DNA from: a virus
Taxonomy: Duplodnaviria > Caudoviricetes
Length of the DNA stretch: 34,525 bases
Reading direction: 5' to 3' (one strand)
IMG/VR virus record: IMGVR_UViG_3300030376_007063
Coordinates: 1-34,525 of that record
Under the pieces are notes generated by a model. It made no database searches. It saw only the letters and a list, made by a program, of their open reading frames with translations, and was not told the origin of the DNA. The translations under genes and the position numbers were made by a program. How positions within the stretch are numbered: the first letter of the stretch is position 1; every line of letters begins with the position of its first letter. Positions 18,842 to 28,100 of the stretch are shown one piece after another.

Positions 18842-19323
18842 TAATCTTCCCCTTCGACCTCGTTGATCTCAAAGTATCTATTAAGTATACCACCCATATC
18901 CTCATATAAAGCAGCCATTCTATCCTGTAATGCTTGAGCTTCAGTTGATATTTTAGCAAAGCCTTGAGCTTGCTTTTGTAAATCTTTCATGTTTCTCTGT
19001 ACAGTAACTTTATCAAACCAATCTGCTGTTTCATCTACTACATGTTTTTGCGCAGCTTTTGAAATCTCAACAAATGTTTCTGCAACTTCTGCTAAATTAT
19101 GTTTTTTGTATATAGAAGGACCATAACTAGAAAAGTTAGAAACTTTTTCTACCAAGTCTTCCTGTGTCATTAATTTTTCTTCGTCTTCTTTAGCAACTAA
19201 TTCTTTTGCTATTTTTAAAAGGGAAGCACCATCATTTCTATGGCTTTTCATATCTCCAATGGCTTCAGGAAACACCATTCCACCAATCCCAATTTCATTA
19301 ATTAAATCTTTAAGCTTTGCCAT
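18841..19323 (-). CDS. Helical hypothetical head-assembly protein (160 aa)
   Basis: GGGGA SD, starts MAKLKDLINE, coiled-coil C-terminal half, immediately downstream of the prohead protease. Confidence 0.8.
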   Translation of the reverse strand: MAKLKDLINEIGIGGMVFPEAIGDMKSHRNDGASLLKIAKELVAKEDEEKLMTQEDLVEKVSNFSSYGPSIYKKHNLAEVAETFVEISKAAQKHVVDETADWFDKVTVQRNMKDLQKQAQGFAKISTEAQALQDRMAALYEDMGGILNRYFEINEVEGED

Positions 19324-19324
19324 C

Positions 19325-19921
19325 TTAGTTCCCCATCAAAATGTTTCTAATACTGACCTCTACGGGTCCCCATTTGTTTGCTGATACGATAGATCCTTTA
19401 GACTCGTTTACTGGGCTTAAGAATGCACCGTGAGTAGAAGGATTAGATACAAAGTCAAACGCGATCAATTCAAAATCATTCTGTACTTCATCACCAGATG
19501 ATTCCTGTTTTATTGATCCTAAGCCTCTGGAACTTATACCTAACTTAATTCCACTTTTAAATAATTCTTTCAATATGTTTCCAGCTGGAGTACTTAATAC
19601 TTCAACAGTTCCCATAAGATCGTTACCTCTCCAATGCATTTCTAAAACATTGTGAGAAACGTTTTGTAAATTTACAACTGAACTATCTGGATGATCTAAC
19701 TCTCCCATTGCTCGTCTATCACTTATAAATTCATTTGTATACTTCTTTGCTTCGCGCATAAGGATTTCTTTAGGATAAACCCTACCGTTTTGGTTCCTAG
19801 ATTCTGCGCGCTGTAGAACTCCCTTTACAACCAATCTGCCTCCGTTTTTATCCATAGATTCATTAATCTGACTAGGATCTACATCGAAGAGAATCGTGTC
19901 TACTAATAGTGATTTATCCAT
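19325..19921 (-). CDS. gp21: Prohead core protease, T4 gp21 family
   Basis: N.NGRVYP, GELDHP (catalytic His), VSH, GISSRGLGS (catalytic Ser) and DFVSNPS..GA motifs. Confidence 0.95.
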   Translation of the reverse strand: MDKSLLVDTILFDVDPSQINESMDKNGGRLVVKGVLQRAESRNQNGRVYPKEILMREAKKYTNEFISDRRAMGELDHPDSSVVNLQNVSHNVLEMHWRGNDLMGTVEVLSTPAGNILKELFKSGIKLGISSRGLGSIKQESSGDEVQNDFELIAFDFVSNPSTHGAFLSPVNESKGSIVSANKWGPVEVSIRNILMGN

Positions 19922-20355
19922 TATACTAAGTCCTTTACTTTTGTTCCAAGTCTTGTTAGCTTTTCTGAAATTTTATTCAAAGCGTTTTTAGTTCTCTTCA
20001 TGTAACGTGCTGACTGGAACTTCATTTCGTTTTTAAGTTTTACATTGTATTTGACAAGCTTTTCTATTTCAGTAATCTTATTTCTTATTTCTGTCATAGA
20101 CTTAGCTAATTTTTGTTTAGTTGACATGGAATCATCGTTTCTATAATGCCAATAATTTTCTTTAACTACACTCATACCAGCTGACAATTTCAAATCATCT
20201 TCGTCTTTATCGTCATCCTTAGGGTCTCTAAATGCATGTGGTGTTTTAGGTGGACCAGCTCCTCCATCTAACCCGCCGGTCACGCTCATCTCTTCTAATT
20301 CTTTACGAATGAGTTCCTTTAAAAATTCGGCTAGCTTTTTACTTTTTGAGGGCAC
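19921..20355 (-). CDS. Hypothetical head-region protein (~144 aa)
   Basis: Start corrected from 20373 to the GTG at 20355, which has a perfect GGAGGT 5 nt upstream. Contains a KTPHAF motif and a coiled-coil C-terminus. Confidence 0.75.
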   Translation of the reverse strand: MPSKSKKLAEFLKELIRKELEEMSVTGGLDGGAGPPKTPHAFRDPKDDDKDEDDLKLSAGMSVVKENYWHYRNDDSMSTKQKLAKSMTEIRNKITEIEKLVKYNVKLKNEMKFQSARYMKRTKNALNKISEKLTRLGTKVKDLV

Positions 20356-21181
20356 CCTTAACCTCCGATACAAGTTGATAAAATCTCATAAGCTTTAAAA
20401 CGTTACCGTCTATATTTTTCTGAGATACTGATGTTTTGTTTAATAGAGTTACACACTCTTTTAATTTTATCTTTACAACCTTGTTATTGATCTGTGGGTA
20501 TAGCTTTTTAATTTCTGATAATACATGTTTGAACTTAGAACTTATAAAATCATTTAACGATGAAGTGTTAGATATACAATTAATGTATTCTCTTAACACA
20601 CCCCTTTGTTGGTTATTCAAAGACCCGGTATATTTCTTATTGAATCTTTCAACCAGGATCTTATACGCTAAAGCTCTTAAATCTTTATTTTCTGTTTTTA
20701 ATTCGCTGATTAAGCTTTCTTCAGTTTTCTTAGATGGAGCCATCATATTTTCAACTATTGTTTGATAGCTTCTATCATAACTAACTGGATCAGAATAGTT
20801 TTTAGTTAATACATTATGTACTGATGCCATTAACTTGTAATTTGGTATTCTATTCTTAAAAAAGTCTGAGACGTCAAAATTTTCCTTTATAGATTTGATG
20901 ATCTCATACTTTTCCCTGTTTAATTTTTTAGTATTCACATTTGAAGAGAAGGCTTTTATTGATGTTTCAATCATCTTTTCAGCCCTTGTTCTATCTTTAA
21001 ATTTGGAATCTAATATCGCAGAGAAAAGTCTCTGCTCTTTAAACAATTCAGAATCCTTGTTAAAATGTTTTTTAAGGATCTCCGATGATTTCGAATCCCT
21101 TTCATTTAAAATATCTGATGTTATTTGTCTGGTTAGCAGCTCAAATAGCAAGCCCGTATTTTTAAATTTCGAATGCTTCAT
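20339..21181 (-). CDS. Hypothetical protein downstream of portal (280 aa)
   Basis: AGGT SD; MKHSKFKNTGLLFELL N-terminus; helical and Lys-rich. Confidence 0.8.
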   Translation of the reverse strand: MKHSKFKNTGLLFELLTRQITSDILNERDSKSSEILKKHFNKDSELFKEQRLFSAILDSKFKDRTRAEKMIETSIKAFSSNVNTKKLNREKYEIIKSIKENFDVSDFFKNRIPNYKLMASVHNVLTKNYSDPVSYDRSYQTIVENMMAPSKKTEESLISELKTENKDLRALAYKILVERFNKKYTGSLNNQQRGVLREYINCISNTSSLNDFISSKFKHVLSEIKKLYPQINNKVVKIKLKECVTLLNKTSVSQKNIDGNVLKLMRFYQLVSEVKGALKK

Positions 21182-21209
21182 ATAATCTATACCTAGCTAA
21201 GTTTTCATT

Positions 21210-21218
21210 AATAAATAT
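21210..21218 (-). promoter_or_regulatory. Putative late-promoter motif variant (AATAAATAT on + strand)
   Basis: Intergenic, 29 nt upstream of the start at 21181, a spacing similar to other copies. Confidence 0.4.
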
Positions 21219-21235
21219 AAAGAGACTACAAAAAT

Positions 21236-23032
21236 CTAGTCTTTTTCATTACCCTTTAATTCGTCATCTAATCCCTCTATCTCTCTTATTATCTGCACTT
21301 CTGATTTGCCCATTCTTTTTGTCATTGCATCTAAATGAGAAAGCGCTAAAGGACTCTTTCTGTAATTTTGTTTTATGTCAGGTGTATTATCTTTCCTTGT
21401 TGAATGCGTATAGTCATACTTTCCTAACGCATCCCTTACACCATAAGTTTCCCTATCTTCCGTATCCCTATCTGATTTCTTATCTTTATCGTCTTCATTC
21501 TCGTCTGACATTGAAGGCTGAGCGTCTGGTTTCATTTGCCCTTCTTGTGCAGGTTGAGCTGGATCGTTACCTTCATTTTCTATTGAATTCTTTCTAAATG
21601 CTTGCTTCTTATCTTCTATTACCTGATTCCTAATAGAATCAACTTCATCATCACTAAAGTTAAAAACATTGTCATAAATCCAATCAGTGGATACTAAACC
21701 ATCTCGTTGCATAGCTTCAGCTAAACCGTTTTTCTTTTCCCATAAATCAAGTCGTTCTTGTTCATAGATAGTAGAAGGACTAGTTAACTCTAAATCAAAA
21801 TCCACCAAAGCTGAATCTGTAAATCCTTGTGCATATAGGTGGGCAACAGCAATTTTTGTTAGCTCACTAATTGTTATTCTTTGAATTCTTTCTATTGTTC
21901 TAGCGAAGCGGACATCTTCTGCTGCCAATGTAGCCTTTGATCCAACACCTTCTTCATAACCCAAGAAAGCTTTAGGTATCTTAAGAGCAGCTAATAATTT
22001 ATTCCTTAAATATTCTATATCTTCAACTGCTTCATACGTTAAACCAGGTAACTGTTCTATTTGTGTTCCGCTATCTCCACCTCTAACTGGTAAATAAAAA
22101 TCTTCTGTTAGATTTTGCATATTGTATCTAAGGTTATATTCTCCTGTTTGTTCGTCTAAAACTGGAGCTTTCTTAGACTTATCCATGATTCTTTTCATGT
22201 ATGTGTCTACTTCGTTTGGTGGTAAATTACCAATATCAATCTTAAATATTCTTTTTTCCGGAGCTCTCATAATTCTATGAATCAACATAGCATCTTCCAT
22301 AAGAGACAACTGTTTCCAAGTTCTTCTACCACCCTCTATCATAGACTTACCGTATGGTGCATAATTAGAATCAGATAACAATCTGAAATGTGCAACTTCG
22401 AAATTTTCTAATTCTTTTCTATTTGTATTTCCAATTACATTTCTAGGATCTGTAGCATCTAAAACAAACTTAACATCATATGGGTTTTCAGGATCAAAAT
22501 TTTCTACACGAGATAGATCATAAGGAGAGAGCGGCATAACATTCACAATTCCGTACTTTTCTGATATTTCCAAATGTAAATAAAAATCCCCATACTTACA
22601 CATATTTCGTATCCATGGCCACAAATTAAATTCAATGTTTAAAATATCGTAAAACAAGTTGTGAAGTATTTCTTTTATCTGAGCATTGTTTGACTTTATT
22701 TCTAAAACATTTCCGTACTCTGACTTCATAGTTGATTCATCTGCGTATACATCTAATGCAGATGCCAAAATAGAATCGTCATCCATTGCTTCATAATCTC
22801 TGAATATAGCCATTCTTTGTGCTTTAGCCAATTCACCGCTGTAACCCATATGACTACTATATCCAGCTCCAGTATTGAACATCTTCGTATATCTATCCAT
22901 CAATGTTCTCGAGCCTTGTTGTATATCATCAGTATCGATGACCTTTAACTTTCTACCACCTACGTTTCTTACAATAACGTTAGATGAAAAAAGTCTTCTT
23001 ATTCTATCTAAAAATGTGTCTTGTTGTGCCAT
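21236..23032 (-). CDS. gp20: Portal vertex protein, T4 gp20 family
   Basis: QL.LMEDAMLIHRIMRAPEKRIFKIDIGNLP, EDFYLPVRGG..GTQIEQLPG, DIEYLRNKL..ALKIP and F.R.I.R.Q motifs. Confidence 0.96.
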   Translation of the reverse strand: MAQQDTFLDRIRRLFSSNVIVRNVGGRKLKVIDTDDIQQGSRTLMDRYTKMFNTGAGYSSHMGYSGELAKAQRMAIFRDYEAMDDDSILASALDVYADESTMKSEYGNVLEIKSNNAQIKEILHNLFYDILNIEFNLWPWIRNMCKYGDFYLHLEISEKYGIVNVMPLSPYDLSRVENFDPENPYDVKFVLDATDPRNVIGNTNRKELENFEVAHFRLLSDSNYAPYGKSMIEGGRRTWKQLSLMEDAMLIHRIMRAPEKRIFKIDIGNLPPNEVDTYMKRIMDKSKKAPVLDEQTGEYNLRYNMQNLTEDFYLPVRGGDSGTQIEQLPGLTYEAVEDIEYLRNKLLAALKIPKAFLGYEEGVGSKATLAAEDVRFARTIERIQRITISELTKIAVAHLYAQGFTDSALVDFDLELTSPSTIYEQERLDLWEKKNGLAEAMQRDGLVSTDWIYDNVFNFSDDEVDSIRNQVIEDKKQAFRKNSIENEGNDPAQPAQEGQMKPDAQPSMSDENEDDKDKKSDRDTEDRETYGVRDALGKYDYTHSTRKDNTPDIKQNYRKSPLALSHLDAMTKRMGKSEVQIIREIEGLDDELKGNEKD

Positions 23033-23033
23033 T

Positions 23034-24611
23034 TTATATTAACCAAGTTAGTGATTCTTTTTTATCTCCTACGTGTTGTTTCCAACCGTAATCATTTTCT
23101 TCTTCTATAGTGTAAACTCCAGAGTTTGCATCTATCTTTGACATTGCTTCTCTAGTCACCCTTAAATTTTCTTCGTGTAGTCTAAGACTTGTTTCACGTA
23201 TCCACAATCCAATAGCCATACTCATAACTAAATCATCATTGTATCCCTTCATAGCTTCAGCACGACCGTTGTTAAATATAAATACGTACAATTCGTCAAT
23301 AGTTCTAATAGAGTTTATTCGTATATGTCCCTCCATTAAGAACTTAGACAACTTATCAATTACTAAAGGTCTAGTTTTTGCGCTGGTAGTAAAACCAGGT
23401 ATCATGTTTCTATCTTCAGATCTATATCTGTTTGAATATTGTGTCTGTGAATCAACATATTTTAGATCTCTACGCATCCAAAATAAATTTCTATATTCTC
23501 TATCAAGTAAAACCTGTAGTACTGCCCAACCAATATTGTTATTCTCAACAACCATCAGAGCATCGTTATATTCGGTACCAACCGATAATAGTATACCTGC
23601 ATATCGTGTAGTATCCACCTTGCTTTTAAATTCAGCTACTTGTTCTAATGTTTCTAAATCCAGAATATGAAATGCAGAATAATCACTGCCATCTCCACGT
23701 GCAACATCAGCACATAATACATATTTTTTATTTGGTTCTGGATGTTTCCACAGCCATAATCCATCAGAATATCGTTTTTCGATTGGATCATGTACACATT
23801 TATCTTGTATTTCCTTTATAATTTTTGCAGGAACCACAGATTGACCAGAACTAACGAAATCACAATCACATTCTTGAGCAGCCATGTCAACACCTAATAG
23901 TGCATTTTGCTCTGTTCTCCATTCTTCACCCCTATCTGGATGAACTGTCCAATGTAATCGTATAAAATTAAAATTATTTGTGCCAGCCTCAGCTTCTGAC
24001 CATGTTTTATGAAACCAATTTCCCATACCATTTGGAGTAGACAATGCAATACATTTACCACCAGTTGCCAGTGTCTGTTGTGATGCAGTCCATATATCGT
24101 CTATATTTTTAATGAATGCAGCCTCATCTATCAATAGCAGTGATAGTGCTTCAGATCTACTAGCCTCACCAGTCGAAGAAACAGCTTTTATTTGAGATCC
24201 ATTTTTATATCTAAGAGACAGTTTGTTATCTTCAATGCAAGCTTGACTCAACCAAGAAGGAAGCATCTTGTGCATAACCCTAACTTTAGTTACCAAGTTT
24301 TTAGCAACATCTTGTTTTGTAGCAATGACTAGTATGTTCTTATCGTTATGAAAGTTCATTAGCCACAGTGAGTAACCTGCGCTCAATGTGGATATTCCTA
24401 GCTGTCTAGCTTTTAATATTATGTTATAGTCGTTATCCTTTAATGCACTGAGTGTTTTTTCCTGAAAAGGGTATAGATCAAATTTCATTTTACCCTTCAT
24501 CGGATGCTGAATATAGCAATAGTTCCTCATAAAATAAATGGGATCCAATGCACACTTTACGTATTCACTGGTTATTGCTTTTTTTAAATCAGCTTTATTG
24601 TCTTTGGGCAT
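23034..24611 (-). CDS. terL: Terminase large subunit, T4 gp17-like
   Basis: LYPFQ adenine-binding motif, KARQLGIST Walker A-like, LLLIDEAAF Walker B, STPNG motif III, nuclease motifs ADVARGDGSDYS and DDLVMS. Start is ATG 24611 or TTG 24614. Confidence 0.96.
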   Translation of the reverse strand: MPKDNKADLKKAITSEYVKCALDPIYFMRNYCYIQHPMKGKMKFDLYPFQEKTLSALKDNDYNIILKARQLGISTLSAGYSLWLMNFHNDKNILVIATKQDVAKNLVTKVRVMHKMLPSWLSQACIEDNKLSLRYKNGSQIKAVSSTGEASRSEALSLLLIDEAAFIKNIDDIWTASQQTLATGGKCIALSTPNGMGNWFHKTWSEAEAGTNNFNFIRLHWTVHPDRGEEWRTEQNALLGVDMAAQECDCDFVSSGQSVVPAKIIKEIQDKCVHDPIEKRYSDGLWLWKHPEPNKKYVLCADVARGDGSDYSAFHILDLETLEQVAEFKSKVDTTRYAGILLSVGTEYNDALMVVENNNIGWAVLQVLLDREYRNLFWMRRDLKYVDSQTQYSNRYRSEDRNMIPGFTTSAKTRPLVIDKLSKFLMEGHIRINSIRTIDELYVFIFNNGRAEAMKGYNDDLVMSMAIGLWIRETSLRLHEENLRVTREAMSKIDANSGVYTIEEENDYGWKQHVGDKKESLTWLI

Positions 24612-25128
24612 CAAACTTCTCTATAGTATCGTTAATACTTTTTAGTGCATTGTTCAAATCTTTTAGTGCATCTTTTGCTAATTGTTTTGTGGCCTTATCT
24701 GTTTCATATGTTTCTATATGAACAGCTCCTGATTCTGGATTAACTGGTTCAACAACCTGTAAATCGCCTTGCTTTTGCCAGTCTTCTATAGATTGTATCT
24801 GTTCCAATATTATTGACTTTTTATTTTTTAAAACCTTATTAGATTGCCATTCTTCAAATTTTCCAGTTACTCGTAAATCGTGTTCAAAATCTACTTGACA
24901 ATCAAAACAGTGCCCATAAAACATCCACATTTTATTGTCTAACTTTTTCTTCATTACCTTGTCACATTTTGGACAAAACCATGGCATTCTAGCATCAGCC
25001 ATTATATCTGTCAATCTACTTTTTTGATCTCCAGGCTTTTGCTTTTTTCCTTCGTATCCAACCATAATAGGTTTTACAACTGGCTTACCTTCTAATATTG
25101 CTTTTAATGCTCTATCTTCACTATTCAT
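24595..25128 (-). CDS. Zinc-finger (CxxC...CxxC) hypothetical protein upstream of TerL
   Basis: GAGGT SD; CPKC-x18-CFDC; 3' end overlaps the TerL start. Confidence 0.8.
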   Translation of the reverse strand: MNSEDRALKAILEGKPVVKPIMVGYEGKKQKPGDQKSRLTDIMADARMPWFCPKCDKVMKKKLDNKMWMFYGHCFDCQVDFEHDLRVTGKFEEWQSNKVLKNKKSIILEQIQSIEDWQKQGDLQVVEPVNPESGAVHIETYETDKATKQLAKDALKDLNNALKSINDTIEKFDAQRQ

Positions 25129-25131
25129 AAC

Positions 25132-28100
25132 TTACCTCGAAAATTTTTCTAATCCTAAAATTTGATTTATTGGTGCAAAGAACCCAGTAAACTTAAACAC
25201 TTTACCATTATATTTGAAAACCAATCCTTCGGATGGAGCAGCCTTAGTTAAACTTGGCATAGACTTTAATTTTGCTAATTGTGTTTTTAACTTATCCATA
25301 TTAGAAAAATCTTTCTTTGCCATTAATGCCTTTGACGCCTTGTTTAAATCGTCTACTAATTTTTTAGCTGTTTTATCTGGGTTTACACTTAAGTAATTGC
25401 TAGCATTTGCCAATATTTCTGCTCCAACACCAAAGAATATATCTTCAAATGGTCTCATGTTATTCTTCAGCATTTTAGCATGATCAAGTTTTTCCGTAGA
25501 CTTTACCCAATCCACAAACTTTGGGTAATCACCCTTTAATTTGTTAATTTCTGTCATTTTATAACTTTTATCAGAGAACGCCCATCTCTTCATAAGAGGA
25601 TATAGGACATTGTCTGGTATATTTGCAAAGTCCGAAGAGTTTGCTCCATTTAGTATGTATTCTAACCAAAAGTGTTGATGATATAACGATAGCTCATCGC
25701 TATCCTTTAATCTATATATATTCTGCAACTTGCTCAAAGCGCTGATATATTTTCCCTTCTTTGCGGCATAATCCTTATCCTTATGCATCTTTATGACATT
25801 TGGACCCTTAAATGCAAATTTAGTTTTTATTGCTCCATTAACTTTGTTTATAATAGAAGCCAACTTTGCACCTCCAGATTTTACTTCACCAGAAGGTGTC
25901 CAAGCTTCATTGTATTTCAATATGCCGTGAAATACTATTGTAGCGGGTCCATCATAGTCTATTACATTTAAATTCTCTGGATAAATTATTTCTATGTTTG
26001 CCCAGTTTTTACCATTATTGAACAAGGACATTTGATCTTTTGCAGACATTCTTTCAATTGAAGATGCAATGTCTTTCATAGAATACACAAACGCATTACG
26101 TACACTTGGTATATGGTTTTTAAACTTGGCCTTAACACCCTTTAAATCCATACCCCCAGATTTTAGATCTCCTTTATTTCTGGCAGCCTTTGCTTTACCA
26201 TCTACAACTGAAATCATTATATTTTGTCCGTCTAATTTTTCTGTAACGGCTTCTTCTTTGTCTAATTTACCCTGTAACCCTAAGTCTATTATGTCCTTCA
26301 GTTCCCCAAAGGTCAATCCATAATCATCAAACGGGTGTGCCATATGTCCATAGGCTCCTCCCATAAGCAATAACTCCTTTTTATTTTCTTTTGTTAATTT
26401 TTTTGGTCTTGGATTTAATGGTCCTTCTAAATACTTTTTAGAAATATCATCTCCAACTTCTTTATCGATCAAATCTATTGTAGATTCTGTTAATTCGTTT
26501 GGTTCCTGCAGTGTTATTATAATCACCATTTTACCACTTGGATATTTTACTTTTTCTACAGATTTAACACTTGCTTTAGATTTTGAACTTCTTATTAATT
26601 CTTGTTCACTGTCAAAATCATTGTCTTCGCCATCTATATACAAACCTCTTATTTCGCCATTTTCATTTGGCTCTATGCGTATAAGAATAGAAGTTTCATC
26701 TTCATAATCGTTTGTTGGTTTACTGAAAAATCTAGCAGTACGTGCACTTAAACTAAACCCACTAGAACCGTGTCCACTTTCGTCTGGTATTTCAACCATT
26801 TCACCTTCTACAAACCTATCTAAAAATGTATCCGCATCTTCTGTTGGAATAACGATTCCACGTTCTATTGGTTGTTCAGCTTTTATTGCACTCGTATGTG
26901 CAATTTCACTCATTCTTTCATTTCTGTCTCTTATATCTTGCTCTGAGATCTCACCATGTCTTATTGCATCCTGTATTGCTTCATAACCTCCAAGTTTTTT
27001 CCAGCTTTGTGCATCGTCTTCTAGTTGTCTACGTTGATCTTCTGGCATATTTTCTTTTTGACTTCTATACTGTTCTGCTACACGATCTCCATAATCATTT
27101 ACGTTGTCAACTGTTTCAGCTTCCTTCGTAAACGTATACTTAAAATGCTCTAAATCATCTTTATCTCGTATTACATCTACACCATCAACAATATTTGGTT
27201 TACGTGGTTTATTACCATACTTAGCTTTCTTATCTGCTTTTTTCTTCTGTAGATCGGCAAAACTTGGTATCTTAATCTTTGGTGCTTTAAACTTTATCTT
27301 TGGTACCTTTACTTTTGGTTTATCAACCTTACCGTGAGTACCTCTTTTTATTGCCGCATCTCTAGCTTTTTCACTATCGAATGTTGCGACCTTACCAGAA
27401 TCTTTATTTATTGCGCTGAATGTTTCTTTTTTCTCAGTTAGCTTCCTAAAATTAACAATCTTTCGACCATTTATAGTCGGCATACCATGTTTATCTTTAC
27501 CGATATCTTTTACTTTTATTTTTTTATTTTTAAATCTTCCAACTAAAATAGTATCGCCAACATTGACATCTAATTTTATTTCTTCTTTAAAAGATGTTGT
27601 AAATAAATCAAACACTTTGGGATCAAAATATCCAAATAGTTTTTTGAAAAATTTCTTTTTCATATTGACATCAAACTTTTCAGATCCTAACAATTTTCTC
27701 ATTGTTGTACCACTTATTTCCATACCGCCAACTTTAACGCTTGAATGTGGTAATTCTAAAGTATAACCATGATGTTTATATCCCATAAGCTTATTATAAT
27801 TTTTTCTGTATGGTTTGAAGTATTTTCCTCCACTCAATCGTCCTTCGTCTTTTTGTCCAACTCCAAAAACAAAAGCTGTAGTATCCTCGTCAAATTTTTT
27901 CATTAGTGATTTTGGTGCGTAAACTTGTTTATCTTGGACTATAGCCTTGGACGGTATACCCATTTTTATCATGTGTCGTTTTTTCTGGCTAAAGTTCATT
28001 GGATGTCTAGTTCCACCAGTTTTATTACTGGTTACTATATAAACTTCATCAAACCTAGACTTTAGAAACTCATATGAAGCCTTATGATGTGGACCAAAAG

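Noticed and set aside
24385-24411. Non-canonical terminase Walker A (KARQLGIST instead of GKT/S) as a sign of inactivation
   Set aside because: All other ATPase and nuclease motifs are intact, and this variant occurs in other phage terminases.
14890-24614. Introns, inteins or homing endonucleases in capsid, portal or terminase; tRNA genes
   Set aside because: Gene lengths are normal and uninterrupted, and intergenic gaps are too short or lack a cloverleaf.
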